A stretch of 64,000 nt of DNA from Oscillospiraceae bacterium. GTDB taxonomy: Bacteria; Bacillota; Clostridia; Oscillospirales; QAMX01. The notes under the pieces are model-generated. The model worked only from the letters and a program-made list of their open reading frames with translations, was not told where the DNA came from and ran no database searches. A program made the translations under genes and the position numbers. The stretch covers positions 14,666 to 78,665 of the forward strand of contig SVLW01000005.1 of assembly GCA_015067705.1 (NCBI GenBank), read 5' to 3'. Positions 16,970 through 26,808 of this stretch are shown in pieces (the first letter of the stretch is position 1; each line of letters opens with the position of its first letter).

Positions 16970-17718
16970 TTTCTCAAAAGCCTCCCAAATCCACCGCGCA
17001 GAAGCGCCAGGAACAGTTTTTCAAAGCCAATGCTCACCGCCACAATGATGACGGTCCAGGCAAAGAGATCCACGGTATTTAAGTACGCCTTGGCGTTATA
17101 GAGCATTTCTCCGATGGAGCCGTCGGGGATGCCGATGATCTCCGCGGCGATACCGGATTTCCAGGCAAGGCCCAGCGCCATGGTGCAGGCAGAGAGCAGG
17201 TACGGGCGGATCTGCGGCAGCCAGAGATAGTGCAGGCGTCTCGTCCACGGCACATGGAACACATCCGCCATCTGGGTCATCTTGGGATCGATACTGCGGA
17301 TGCCCTGCAGAACATTGGTATAGACAATGGGCAGCACCATCAGAAAAGAGATGAAGATGGAGAGATTAGCAGAAGTGAGCCAGATGAGACTGATGACGAT
17401 AAAGGACGCCACCGGCACCGACTTGATGGCCATGAACATGGGCCAGAGCAGGATCTCCAGTGTCTGAAACTTCCCCGACAATACCGCCAGCAGCACGCCC
17501 AGGAATAGACCCAGGGCAAATCCGCCCACAATGCGGATGAAGCTGAACCAGATGGAGGAGAAGAACTGTTCCTCCGTCCAGATGGTGCCCAGGCGCAGCA
17601 GCACGGAAACCGGCGAGGCCAGCAGAACCTTTTGATCCAATATCATTGCTGCCGCCTGCCAGACGGCAAGCGTCAGGAAGACGGCAGCAATTTTTTTCAG
17701 AACAGCTTTATTCTGCAT
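16966..17718 (-). CDS. ABC transporter permease (TauC/SsuC-like)
   Basis: 250 aa, about 6 TM segments, with a binding-protein-dependent transport EAA-like loop. Overlaps the ATPase start by 4 nt. Confidence 0.85.
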   Translation of the reverse strand: MQNKAVLKKIAAVFLTLAVWQAAAMILDQKVLLASPVSVLLRLGTIWTEEQFFSSIWFSFIRIVGGFALGLFLGVLLAVLSGKFQTLEILLWPMFMAIKSVPVASFIVISLIWLTSANLSIFISFLMVLPIVYTNVLQGIRSIDPKMTQMADVFHVPWTRRLHYLWLPQIRPYLLSACTMALGLAWKSGIAAEIIGIPDGSIGEMLYNAKAYLNTVDLFAWTVIIVAVSIGFEKLFLALLRGGFGRLLRK

Positions 17719-18682
17719 AGTAGAAGTCTTCGTCCGGCAGCGTGCCGCCTACGGACTTGGGATTCTGCTCAAAGAGCACGGCCAGATATCCGTCCATGGG
17801 GGCCTTCATATCGTCGCCGGCGATAAAGGTGATGTTGCAGTACGGGATGGCCTTTTCGGCTACAGCGGCCTTGACAATGCCGACCTTTTCAATGATGACG
17901 GAGGCATCAGCGGGGTTTTCATTGACAAAGGTGGTGGATGCCTCGTATTCCTCCAGGAAATCGGCCAGAGCCTGGGGATGTGCCTCGGCGAATTCGCGGC
18001 GCACCAGCAAGACGCCGGTGAGCAGCATGCTGCCGTTATCCAGTGCATCCCACGCCTCGGTCAGATCGATGGCCACGCGCAGGCCCTCTACGGAACCCTG
18101 TGCCACGGTGACAAAGGGCTGGGGCAGCATGGCGACGCCGTCCTCGGTGGAGTTCAGAGTGGCGACCACTTCGGTGGGCTCGCTCTTCCACTCGATGGTC
18201 ACATCGGTGTCAGGATTCACGCCGTTCTCGGCCAGGATATAGCGGAGGGCGTATTCGGGAGTGGAGCCCTTGCCGGTGGCATAGATGGTCTTGCCCTTCA
18301 GGTCGGCAACGGACTGGATGCTCTCGCCCTTTTCCACAATGTAGATCACGCCCAGGGTGTTGATGGCCAGAAGCTGGACAGCGCCCTCGGTGTTATTGTA
18401 AAGAACGGATGCCAGGTTGGCGGGAACTGCCACGATGTCCAGTTCGCCCTGGATCAGCTTCGGGGTCACTTCGTCGGCACTGGCCGCGATGGTGAATTCA
18501 TAATCATTTAAGGACGTACCGGCTTCGTCATCTTCCATGACCTTCACAAGGCCCATGGAGGTGGGGCCCTTCAGGCCGCCGATCCGGATGGTCACGTCTT
18601 CTTCGGTGGTTTCAGCGGCGCAGCCGGCAAATGCCGTCACAAGAAGCGCCAGAGTCAGCAGGATAGCAACTAATTTTTTCAT
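17708..18682 (-). CDS. ABC transporter substrate-binding lipoprotein (NMT1/TauA-like)
   Basis: MKKLVAILLTLALLVTAFAGC lipobox. I moved the start to the ATG at 18682, which has a GGAG RBS. The track start at 18766 would overlap the regulator gene. Confidence 0.8.
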   Translation of the reverse strand: MKKLVAILLTLALLVTAFAGCAAETTEEDVTIRIGGLKGPTSMGLVKVMEDDEAGTSLNDYEFTIAASADEVTPKLIQGELDIVAVPANLASVLYNNTEGAVQLLAINTLGVIYIVEKGESIQSVADLKGKTIYATGKGSTPEYALRYILAENGVNPDTDVTIEWKSEPTEVVATLNSTEDGVAMLPQPFVTVAQGSVEGLRVAIDLTEAWDALDNGSMLLTGVLLVRREFAEAHPQALADFLEEYEASTTFVNENPADASVIIEKVGIVKAAVAEKAIPYCNITFIAGDDMKAPMDGYLAVLFEQNPKSVGGTLPDEDFYYAE

Positions 18683-18716
18683 ATGGGTGATTCTCCTTTC
18701 GTCTGTTGACGATTGT

Positions 18717-18758
18717 AGTATACCCCACTTTTCCGCGATATGACGTTGCTTATGCAAC
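18717..18758 (-). promoter_or_regulatory. predicted activator-dependent promoter: GTTGC-ATAA-GCAAC palindrome plus TATACT -10 box
   Basis: Palindrome at 18745-18758. The -10 box TATACT lies at 18717-18722 (minus strand). There are 29 nt between the palindrome centre and the -10 box, which places the centre at about -41.5. No good -35 hexamer is present. Confidence 0.45.
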
Positions 18759-18762
18759 GGAA

Positions 18763-19440
18763 TCACTTGCCGTTTTCAGCGAATAAATGCGGGATCACAA
18801 AGGAGTTTTTGTGAAAATCGATGATACCCTCTTCCCGCATACGGCTAAGCTCCCGGGACAGGGCGCTGCGGTTCACGCCGAGATAGGTGGCCATGTTCTC
18901 CCGGTCGAAGGGGATGGTGATGCGGCCGCTGCCGGAACGGCTGGCATACTGGGAGAAAAAGGTGATAAGTTTATCCCGGATGGTAATTTTCGAGAGGATC
19001 TGGATCCGGTCATTCATGGCAAGGGTGCGCTGGGCCAGCATGGAGATGAAACGATTTGCAAGCATGGCATCCCGGGGATCGGTGGATGCGCTCTGCCGGT
19101 GCAGGCGATCCACGTGCATCCATAAGACCTCCGACGCCGTGACGCTGCAGATATAGACCGGGGCATCCTGGCCCAGGAAACAGAGGGACTCGCCAAAGGT
19201 GTCTCCCTCCCCTACGTTTGCCATGATCATATGATTGCCGTCGATGTCATCCATATAGACCTGGATGGTGCCGGAGAGCACCATGCCGAAGCAGGGCAGC
19301 GGCGACCCCACCCGATTGAGGAAATCCCCGCGCTCATAGCGCTCCACCTTTGCCGAAAAATATTCCAGCGCATATGCCCGATCCGCCGGGGATAAGCCGG
19401 AAAAAAGCACACTTTTTTCTAAAATCAAATCCTGTTCCAT
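18763..19440 (-). CDS. Crp/Fnr-family transcriptional regulator
   Basis: 225 aa. cNMP-binding-like N-terminal domain (GDTFGE) and a C-terminal HTH (ATYLGVNRSALSRELSRMREEGII). Confidence 0.8.
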   Translation of the reverse strand: MEQDLILEKSVLFSGLSPADRAYALEYFSAKVERYERGDFLNRVGSPLPCFGMVLSGTIQVYMDDIDGNHMIMANVGEGDTFGESLCFLGQDAPVYICSVTASEVLWMHVDRLHRQSASTDPRDAMLANRFISMLAQRTLAMNDRIQILSKITIRDKLITFFSQYASRSGSGRITIPFDRENMATYLGVNRSALSRELSRMREEGIIDFHKNSFVIPHLFAENGK

Positions 19441-19470
19441 ACCCTCACCATTTTAAATTCCGGATACCTG

Positions 19471-19505
19471 ATTATAGCAAATTTCTGTTGCCGCTGCAAC
19501 AGAAA
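19471..19505 (-). promoter_or_regulatory. predicted promoter of the Crp/Fnr gene overlapped by a 24-bp perfect-arm palindrome
   Basis: On the minus strand, TTGCAG (19494-19499), 17 nt of spacer, then TATAAT (19471-19476). The palindrome TTTCTGTTGC-CGCT-GCAACAGAAA at 19482-19505 covers the -35 box. Confidence 0.45.
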
Positions 19506-19581
19506 ATCGGTTTCCATGCCGCATTATCCGTTCTCCCGAAAAAACGTGCGGAAATCGCGCACTTCTTGTATGGTACTCCGA

Positions 19582-19610
19582 TTGAAGCGGGCAGATGGGG
19601 ACGGTATAAT
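19582..19610 (+). promoter_or_regulatory. candidate promoter for the ABC exporter gene
   Basis: TTGAAG (19582-19587), 17 nt of spacer, then TATAAT (19605-19610). Confidence 0.4.
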
Positions 19611-19640
19611 AGAAGCAGAAAAAAGAAATGAGGAGCGACT

Positions 19641-21365
19641 ATGTTAAAACGATTCATTCGGTATTACCGACCCCATCGCAAGCTCTTTGCGCTGGACATG
19701 GGCGCATCGCTAATCGTGGCGCTGATCGGTATTGTCTACCCCATCGTCACCCGCACCATGCTGAACGATCTGATTCCCAATCGCCAGTACAAGATGATCG
19801 TGTATTTCGGCCTGATCCTGCTGGGTATTTATATACTCAGAATGCTTTTGAACTATTTCATCCAGTATCAGGGGCATATGATGGGCGTGCGGATGCAGGC
19901 CGAGATGCGCAGCGATATGTTCCGGCATCTGGAGAAGCTGCCCTACAGCTTCTATGACAATAACGAGACCGGTAAGATCATGTCCCGCATGACAAACGAC
20001 CTGCAGGAAATCAGTGAGCTGGCCCATCACGGCCCGGAAAATCTCCTGATCTCCACCATCACCGTCGTCACGTCCTTTGTCTACTTATCCAGCATCAACT
20101 GGAAGCTGACCCTCATTGTATTTGCCTGTGTGCCCTTCCTGGTGCTGATCTCTCTGGTGATGCGTAAGAAGATGCGCGCCGCCTTTATGAGCAGCCGTAA
20201 GTCCATTGCCGTCATCAATGCTGCTCTCGAGAGCAGCATCTCCGGCATCCGCGTCACCAAGGCATTCACCAATGCCCGCAAGGAATGCGAAAAATTCGAG
20301 GAGGGCAACGGCCAGTTTGTGGCGGCCCGCCGGGACGCCTATAACGCCATGGGTCAGTTCCATTCTTCCACGGCCTTCATTACCGATATTTTCAACGTGG
20401 TGGTGCTGATCGCCGGCGGTCTGTTCCTCTATAACGGCGAGATCGTGTTCGGCGACTATTCCGCCTTCGTGGTGTCCATCGGTCTCTTCATCTCCCCTGT
20501 CATGACCCTCATCAACTTCATGGAGCAGTACCAGAACGGCGTCACCGGTTTTGAGCGTTTCCTGGAGATCCTGGATACCGAACCGGAGCAGGATGCCCCC
20601 GGCGCCACGGATGCCGGCCGACTCTCCGGTCATATTGAATTCCGCGGCGTCACCTATGCCTATGACGGCTCCAAGGACGTGCTGCGGAATGTGAATCTGG
20701 ATATCGAGACCGGCAAGACCTATGCTCTGGTAGGCCCCTCCGGCGGCGGCAAGACCACCATCTGCCACCTGATCCCCCATTTCTATGACATCACCGAGGG
20801 CGAGCTCCTTCTGGACGGCAAGGAAATCCACACCCTCACCGCAGAATCCATCCGGCGGAATATCGGCATCGTCCAGCAGGATATCTATCTCTTCAATGCC
20901 TCCATCCGCGACAACATCCTCTATGGCCGTCTGGACGCCACCGATGAGGAAGTCATCGAGGCGGCGAAGCGCGCCAACATCCACGACTATATCATGTCCC
21001 TCCCCGAGGGATATGACACCCAGATCGGCGAGCGCGGCGTGCGTCTCTCCGGCGGCCAGAAGCAGCGCCTTTCCATCGCCCGGGTATTCCTGAAGAACCC
21101 GCCCATTTTGATCCTGGACGAGGCCACCAGTGCCCTCGACAACACCACGGAGATTATGATCCAGCAGGCCCTGGACGAGCTCTGCAAGGGCAGAACCACG
21201 CTGGTGGTGGCCCATCGTCTGTCCACCATCAAAAATGCCGACGAGATCGCCGTCATCGCCGACGGCCAGATCCTGGAACGCGGCGACCACGAGACCCTGC
21301 TTGCAAAAGACGGGATGTACGCCCATCTCTACCGCCAGCAGTTCCGGGAAACCATCGAAGCATAA
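19641..21365 (+). CDS. ABC exporter, fused permease/ATPase half-transporter (MsbA-like)
   Basis: 574 aa. N-terminal 6-TM domain, then GPSGGGKTT, LSGGQKQRLSIARVF and ILILDEATSALD. Confidence 0.85.
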   Translation: MLKRFIRYYRPHRKLFALDMGASLIVALIGIVYPIVTRTMLNDLIPNRQYKMIVYFGLILLGIYILRMLLNYFIQYQGHMMGVRMQAEMRSDMFRHLEKLPYSFYDNNETGKIMSRMTNDLQEISELAHHGPENLLISTITVVTSFVYLSSINWKLTLIVFACVPFLVLISLVMRKKMRAAFMSSRKSIAVINAALESSISGIRVTKAFTNARKECEKFEEGNGQFVAARRDAYNAMGQFHSSTAFITDIFNVVVLIAGGLFLYNGEIVFGDYSAFVVSIGLFISPVMTLINFMEQYQNGVTGFERFLEILDTEPEQDAPGATDAGRLSGHIEFRGVTYAYDGSKDVLRNVNLDIETGKTYALVGPSGGGKTTICHLIPHFYDITEGELLLDGKEIHTLTAESIRRNIGIVQQDIYLFNASIRDNILYGRLDATDEEVIEAAKRANIHDYIMSLPEGYDTQIGERGVRLSGGQKQRLSIARVFLKNPPILILDEATSALDNTTEIMIQQALDELCKGRTTLVVAHRLSTIKNADEIAVIADGQILERGDHETLLAKDGMYAHLYRQQFRETIEA

Positions 21366-21408
21366 AAAAGAGCCAATCGGAAGTCGGTTCCGATTGGCTC
21401 ACTTTTTT
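21364..21408. terminator. bidirectional terminator
   Basis: AAAAAA-GAGCCAATCGG-N9-CCGATTGGCTC-ACTTTTTT, lying between convergent genes. Confidence 0.8.
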
Positions 21409-21415
21409 CTTAACT

Positions 21416-21928
21416 TTACTGGCCCTGCAGAAGCGCCGCTTTCACTGTGGTGGCCTCGTCTATGGTGCTGGCATGGGACACAAACTCGATCCCCTCAAAC
21501 ACCTCACCGCCGAGAGACAGCCAGATGCGCTCCATGGTTTTATCGGTATTGAGGATCATCGCGCTGGGCGCGAATGCCTCGATATAGCCGCCGCCCATGA
21601 TCCATCCGTCGCCGGTGCGCTGGTGCTCCAACGCCACATCCGAAGCAATCATCCGCTCTCCTGTCGCTGTATTTTCCACGATCACCGCACCGGAATAGTG
21701 CTTATTCAAGAGGAAATTGCGATCCAGTCTGCCGTCCAGGCGCATCGTCGCCTCCGCAATCACTTCATTCGTTGCGCTGTCGATCATCACACCTTCCCAG
21801 GTGCGGGTAAAGACCCGCTGGAACGGCAGCAGATCGAAGAGAAAAATGACACCCATGATCACCACGGAGATACCGGTGATCATCAAAAGACGATGTTTGA
21901 TGTCTGCCCATTTCAGTACCCAACCCAT
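21416..21928 (-). CDS. hypothetical membrane-anchored protein
   Basis: 170 aa with one N-terminal TM helix (LLMITGISVVIMGVIFLF). No recognisable motif. Confidence 0.5.
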   Translation of the reverse strand: MGWVLKWADIKHRLLMITGISVVIMGVIFLFDLLPFQRVFTRTWEGVMIDSATNEVIAEATMRLDGRLDRNFLLNKHYSGAVIVENTATGERMIASDVALEHQRTGDGWIMGGGYIEAFAPSAMILNTDKTMERIWLSLGGEVFEGIEFVSHASTIDEATTVKAALLQGQ

Positions 21929-22031
21929 AGTATGATCCTCCCAAAATCTGTTGGTTTCAGTATACCACCGAAACCCGCAGGACGCAAGACACCCCGGATG
22001 ATTTTCATCCGGGGTGTTTCAATATCAGTTC

Positions 22032-23318
22032 TTATTCGGCCAGAAGCTTTTCCGCGTAGGCAAGTCTTGCACAGACACAGAGCACTTCCATGGCCTTGCG
22101 GAGTTCCTCGGGCTTGGGGAAGGTGGGTGCAATGCGCAAATTGCAGTCCCGGGGATCCACGCCATAGGGGTAGGTGGCGCCCACATCGGTGAGAACCACG
22201 CCCAGCTGGCCGCAGAGCTCAAAGGTCTTTTTGGCGGTGCCGTCCGGCAGGTTCAGGCTGAAGAAATAGCCGCCCTTGGGATTGCCCCATTCGCCGATGC
22301 CATAGGGCGCAAGACCCTGGGAGAACACCTCATTGACCACGTCAAAGCGGCGGCGCATGATCTGGGCATGGAGGCCCATGTGCTCCATCATCTTTTCGGC
22401 AGTGCCGAAGAACTTCACATGACGCAGCTGGTTCAGCTTATCGGGGCCGATGGACTGGGTCTTCAGTGCCGGCATCATCCACTTGGTGTTCGCGGGAGAC
22501 ATGGCCATAAAGGCAACGCCGTTGCCCGGGAAAGTGATCTTGGAGGTGGAGGAGAAGTAGAACACCCGATCCTCGGTGCCGTATTCGCGGCAAAGCTCGA
22601 AGATATTGGCCAGATGCTGCTCCTCATAGACATAGTGGATCGCATAGGCGTTATCCCAGATGATGCGGAAATCGGGAGCGGCCGTTTTCATGGCAGCCAG
22701 GCGGCGCACCACCTCATCGCTGAACACCACACCGGTAGGATTGGAGTACTTCGGCACACAGATCAGGCCGCGCACGTCGGGATCCTTGACCGCTTCTTCC
22801 ACAACGTCCATATCCGGGCCGTCGGCGAGCATATTCACAGTGATCATCTCGATACCAAGGGTTTCGAGGATCTTGAAATGTCTGTCATAACCGGGGGCCG
22901 GGCAGAGGAACTTGACCTTTTTGCCAAACCAAGGGCCGTCGCCGCCGGGCAGGCCAAAGAGCATGATGCGGGCCATGGTGTCATAAATCATGTTCAGGCT
23001 GGAGTTGCCGCCGATGAGGATGTACTCCTCCGGCACTTCAAACACTTCCGCAAACAGGCGGCGCAGCTCCGGCACACCGTCGAAGAGGGTGGCCACATAG
23101 GTACGGCAGTCGCGGCCGTCCGCCGTGAAGAAGTCCTCACGGGATGCAAGCACGTCGTTCATGCCCATGGAGAGATCCAACTGCTCGGCGCAGGGAATGC
23201 CGCGGGCCATGGTGAGATTCAGACGCTGTGCCTTGAATGCTTCGATCTGGGCAGACAGAGAAGCGATCTCGCTGCGCAGCTCGTCTTTCGTCAGGGAAAG
23301 ATACTTCATATTGTTCAT
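22032..23318 (-). CDS. PLP-dependent aminotransferase (class I/II fold)
   Basis: 428 aa. SSTSKITFPGNG (SxSK PLP-lysine context) and YSNPTG. Confidence 0.75.
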   Translation of the reverse strand: MNNMKYLSLTKDELRSEIASLSAQIEAFKAQRLNLTMARGIPCAEQLDLSMGMNDVLASREDFFTADGRDCRTYVATLFDGVPELRRLFAEVFEVPEEYILIGGNSSLNMIYDTMARIMLFGLPGGDGPWFGKKVKFLCPAPGYDRHFKILETLGIEMITVNMLADGPDMDVVEEAVKDPDVRGLICVPKYSNPTGVVFSDEVVRRLAAMKTAAPDFRIIWDNAYAIHYVYEEQHLANIFELCREYGTEDRVFYFSSTSKITFPGNGVAFMAMSPANTKWMMPALKTQSIGPDKLNQLRHVKFFGTAEKMMEHMGLHAQIMRRRFDVVNEVFSQGLAPYGIGEWGNPKGGYFFSLNLPDGTAKKTFELCGQLGVVLTDVGATYPYGVDPRDCNLRIAPTFPKPEELRKAMEVLCVCARLAYAEKLLAE

Positions 23319-23335
23319 TCCTTTAATTTCGAGGA

Positions 23336-24739
23336 TTAGAATTCGGCAGAGCCGGTGGTGCGCGGGAAGGGCAGCACGTCGCGGATGTTGGCGATGCCGG
23401 TGACGTACATCAGGAAGCGCTCAAAGCCAAGGCCGTAGCCGGCATGGCGGGTACCGCCGAAGCGGCGCAGATCCAGATACCACCAGTAGTCCTCTTCCTT
23501 GAGGCCGCATTCCTCCATGCGCTTCAGGAGGACGTCAAGGCGCTCCTCACGCTGGCTGCCGCCGATGAGCTCGCCAATGCCGGGCACCAGCATATCCATG
23601 GCTGCAACGGTCTTGCCATCGTCATTGAGGCGCATATAGAAGGCCTTGATCTCCTTCGGATAGTTGATGACGAAGGTGGGCTTCTTCATGATCACTTCGG
23701 TGATATAGCGCTCATGCTCGGTCTGCAGGTCACAGCCCCAGTAAGCGGGATACTCGAAGTTTGCGTTGTTCTTTTCCAGTTCCTTCACGGCGTCGGTGTA
23801 GGACAGCACGCCGAAATCGGACTCCACGATAAAGTTCAGGCGCTCAATGAGGCCCTTATCGGTGAAGCGGTTGAAGAACTCCATCTCAGCCGGGCAGTTT
23901 TTGAGCAGATGGGCGATGACATACTTGGTCATATCCGTGGCCAGCTGCATATCGTCCTCGAGATCTGCAAAGGCGATCTCCGGCTCGATCATCCAGAACT
24001 CGGCTGCATGACGGGCGGTGAAGGAACGCTCTGCACGGAATGTGGGGCCAAAGGTATAGGTCTTGCCATAGGCCATGGCAAAGGTCTCGGCGTTCAGCTG
24101 ACCGGAAACCGTCAGGTTGGCCTGCTTGCCGAAGTAATCCTCGTGGAAATCCACTTCGCCGTCCTCGGTGAGAGGCGGGTTCTTGGCGTCCAGCGTGGTC
24201 AGACGGAACATCTCACCGGCACCCTCACAGTCGGAGGCGGTGATGATGGGCGTATGGGCGTAAACAAAGCCACGGTCGTGGAAGAAGGTATGCAGGGCAT
24301 AGGCCGCCTCGCTTCTCACGCGGAATGCCGCGTTAAAGAGGTTGGCGCGGGGACGCAGATGGGAGATCTCGCGGAGAAACTCCACGGAATGACGCTTCTT
24401 CTGCAGGGGGTAATCCGGCGTGGAGGCGCCTTCCAGTGTGATTTCCTCTGCCTGCACCTCAAATGCCTGGTTGCCGCCGGGGGACTTCACAACGATGCCG
24501 CGGACGATGATGGCGGCGCCGCCGTTATACTTCATGACCTCGCGGAAGTTCGGAAGCTTTTCTTCCGTTGCCACGATCTGAATGTTCTTGAGATAAGAGC
24601 CGTCGTTCAGCTCAATAAAACCAAATGCCTTGGAATCGCGGGAGGTGCGGATCCAGCCGCCCAGCGTGACTTCCTTGTCTAAGAATGCTTCATAATCTGC
24701 AAAAATTTCTTTTACGGTGGTGCGTTTCATATCGATCAA
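23336..24739 (-). CDS. asnS: asparagine--tRNA ligase
   Basis: 467 aa class IIb aaRS with an OB-fold N-terminus. [24 protein letters not shown] is the AsnRS-type motif 2 region. Motif 3 is [15 protein letters not shown]. Confidence 0.9.
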   Translation of the reverse strand: MIDMKRTTVKEIFADYEAFLDKEVTLGGWIRTSRDSKAFGFIELNDGSYLKNIQIVATEEKLPNFREVMKYNGGAAIIVRGIVVKSPGGNQAFEVQAEEITLEGASTPDYPLQKKRHSVEFLREISHLRPRANLFNAAFRVRSEAAYALHTFFHDRGFVYAHTPIITASDCEGAGEMFRLTTLDAKNPPLTEDGEVDFHEDYFGKQANLTVSGQLNAETFAMAYGKTYTFGPTFRAERSFTARHAAEFWMIEPEIAFADLEDDMQLATDMTKYVIAHLLKNCPAEMEFFNRFTDKGLIERLNFIVESDFGVLSYTDAVKELEKNNANFEYPAYWGCDLQTEHERYITEVIMKKPTFVINYPKEIKAFYMRLNDDGKTVAAMDMLVPGIGELIGGSQREERLDVLLKRMEECGLKEEDYWWYLDLRRFGGTRHAGYGLGFERFLMYVTGIANIRDVLPFPRTTGSAEF

Positions 24740-24981
24740 ATCCCTTTCAATGCTTTTTCAATTGCTTTCGCCAGCTGATCGGGGCAGGAGGTGGGCTTTC
24801 TGCCGCAGGTCACGCCGCTGAGACGTGCCACGATTTCCTCTGCCTTCATGCCTTCGGCGAGTCTTGCAACACCCTGTGTGTTGCCGTTACAGCCACCTTC
24901 AAAGACCACATTCTTCACGATACCGTCTTCGATATCGAATTCGACGCTTCTGGAGCAGACACCGCTGACCGTATACTTCAT
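24736..24981 (-). CDS. small TSCPD-domain protein
   Basis: 81 aa ending ...[19 protein letters not shown] (TSCPD motif). Overlaps the asnS start by 4 nt. Confidence 0.7.
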   Translation of the reverse strand: MKYTVSGVCSRSVEFDIEDGIVKNVVFEGGCNGNTQGVARLAEGMKAEEIVARLSGVTCGRKPTSCPDQLAKAIEKALKGI

Positions 24982-25236
24982 CCTGATCCTCCTATCTCAA
25001 TCTATTCACAGTGCAATTTTCTGTGAACGATTATGCAATGTTCAAATAATCGCAAAATATGCGTGTTATTTATTATACCACGCATGATTTGGCATTTCTA
25101 TTGTGACTATGCGAAAAATGCAGGGGGCATATTCTGTCATTCTGTCCAAATTTACCAGAACCGGCCCTATGCTGCACTTCGTGCGGGAAAGACGATATGA
25201 AGCATCCCGCATGCAAACATTCATTTCTGCAAGTTT

Positions 25237-26808
25237 TTAGAGCTTTGCGTCCAAAACGAGCTTATACTCCGCCGCTTCCGAAAGTGCCAGCCAGCAGGCT
25301 TCCAGAATATCCGGGGAGACGCCCACCGTGGACCAGGTGGCGTCGCCGTCTGAATAGGTCATGAGGACCCGCACCTTTGCGCCCATGGCGGCCTCCGGAT
25401 TCAAAACGCGCACCTTTAAGTCACACATCTTGGACTCCGCCAAACGGGGATAAAACTCATAAAGCGTCTTGCGGAGCGCGATTTCCAGGGCATCGACCGG
25501 ACCGCCGCCTTCTGCGGCGTTGATGGCCTCCCGCTCCCCCACCCGCACTTTTACAATGGCGGAAGAGGAAAGCGAGCCGGTATAGGGCTGTTCGCCGGTG
25601 GTTTTATAAAATACCAGATCAAAAAACTTCGGCAGTTTTCCGGTTTCCCGGCGGATCATCAGTTCAAAGCTGGCTTCCGCCGCGTCATAGGAATAACCTG
25701 CCTGCTCCGCCTCCCGCAGCCGCTCAATAATCCGCAGGGTTTCCGGGGATTCTCTGGTCAGCTCCGGCGCGATCTGCTGGATCTTATGAAGCAGGGCGCT
25801 GCGGCCGGACATCTCGGAGGTGAGGATCCGGCGGGCATTGCCCACCTCCTCAGGTGCGATATGCTCAAAAGAGCGGGAGAGCTTCAAAACGCCGTCGGCG
25901 TGCATGCCGGCCTTATGGGTGAAGGCATTGGAGCCGATATAGGGCGAGTGGGACGGAATGGAAATATTGGCAATCTCCGCAATCTGGCGGGCCACTGTGG
26001 TGAGCATGGGCATATTCTCATCGGGGATGCAGGAATACCCCAGCTTCAGCTGCAGATTGGGGATCAGGGTCGTGAGTTTCGTATTGCCGCAGCGCTCGCC
26101 AAAGCCCAGGAAGGTGCCCTGCACCTGCGTCGCACCGGCCAGCACCGCCGCCTGGGTTCCCGCCACGGCCAAACCACAGTCATCGTGACAATGGATGCCG
26201 ATCTGTACCGGAAAGAGTGCTGCTGCCTCCCGGGTGGCCTCGCCGATCTCCTCCGGCATGGTGCCGCCATTGGTGTCACAGAGGGTGATGCACTGGGCGC
26301 CCGCCTCATAGGCAGCGCGAATGGTGGAGAGCGCGTAGTCCCGGTCGCTGCGGCGTCCATCGAAATAATGCTCCGCATCATAAATGACCCGGCGACCGCG
26401 GGCGGCAAAATACGCCACGGTATCGGCGATCATCCGCAGGTTCTCCTCCCGTGTGGTGCCCAGCACATGATCCACATGGAGATCCCAGGACTTACCGAAG
26501 ATCACCACGGTATCCGTGCCCACTGCATCAAGGGCGCGCACACCGGCGTCTTCCTCCACCGGCGTGTCCTTGCGGCGGGTGGCGCCAAAGGCGGCGATCC
26601 GGCTTTTTTGGAAGTGATGCCGCCGCACCCGGCGGAATCCCTCCTGCTCCCGTTCTCCGGTGGACGGATTGCCGAATTCAATGGTGGAGATCCCCAGCAT
26701 ATCTAAAGATGCCGCGATATTCAGTTTATCGTCCACAGAAAGCGTGATGTTCCGCGCCTGGGCGCCATCACGCAGGGTGGTGTCCAAAATTTCAATCTGT
26801 TTTCTCAT
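25237..26808 (-). CDS. cimA: citramalate synthase (IPMS/HMGL family, long form)
   Basis: IEILDTTLRDGAQ...HCHDDCGLAVA plus a C-terminal LeuA-dimer-type domain. The start is placed at the MRKQIEIL Met. The track start at 26835 is also possible. Confidence 0.7.
   Translation of the reverse strand: MRKQIEILDTTLRDGAQARNITLSVDDKLNIAASLDMLGISTIEFGNPSTGEREQEGFRRVRRHHFQKSRIAAFGATRRKDTPVEEDAGVRALDAVGTDTVVIFGKSWDLHVDHVLGTTREENLRMIADTVAYFAARGRRVIYDAEHYFDGRRSDRDYALSTIRAAYEAGAQCITLCDTNGGTMPEEIGEATREAAALFPVQIGIHCHDDCGLAVAGTQAAVLAGATQVQGTFLGFGERCGNTKLTTLIPNLQLKLGYSCIPDENMPMLTTVARQIAEIANISIPSHSPYIGSNAFTHKAGMHADGVLKLSRSFEHIAPEEVGNARRILTSEMSGRSALLHKIQQIAPELTRESPETLRIIERLREAEQAGYSYDAAEASFELMIRRETGKLPKFFDLVFYKTTGEQPYTGSLSSSAIVKVRVGEREAINAAEGGGPVDALEIALRKTLYEFYPRLAESKMCDLKVRVLNPEAAMGAKVRVLMTYSDGDATWSTVGVSPDILEACWLALSEAAEYKLVLDAKL

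Noticed and set aside
24982-25236. A possible T-box leader upstream of the TSCPD-asnS unit.
   Set aside because: The minus-strand leader has no T-box sequence (no AGGGUGGUACCGCG-like element), specifier-loop architecture or terminator/antiterminator pair. It has only a TGgTATAAT-type promoter and a small TTCACAG/CTGTGAA hairpin.
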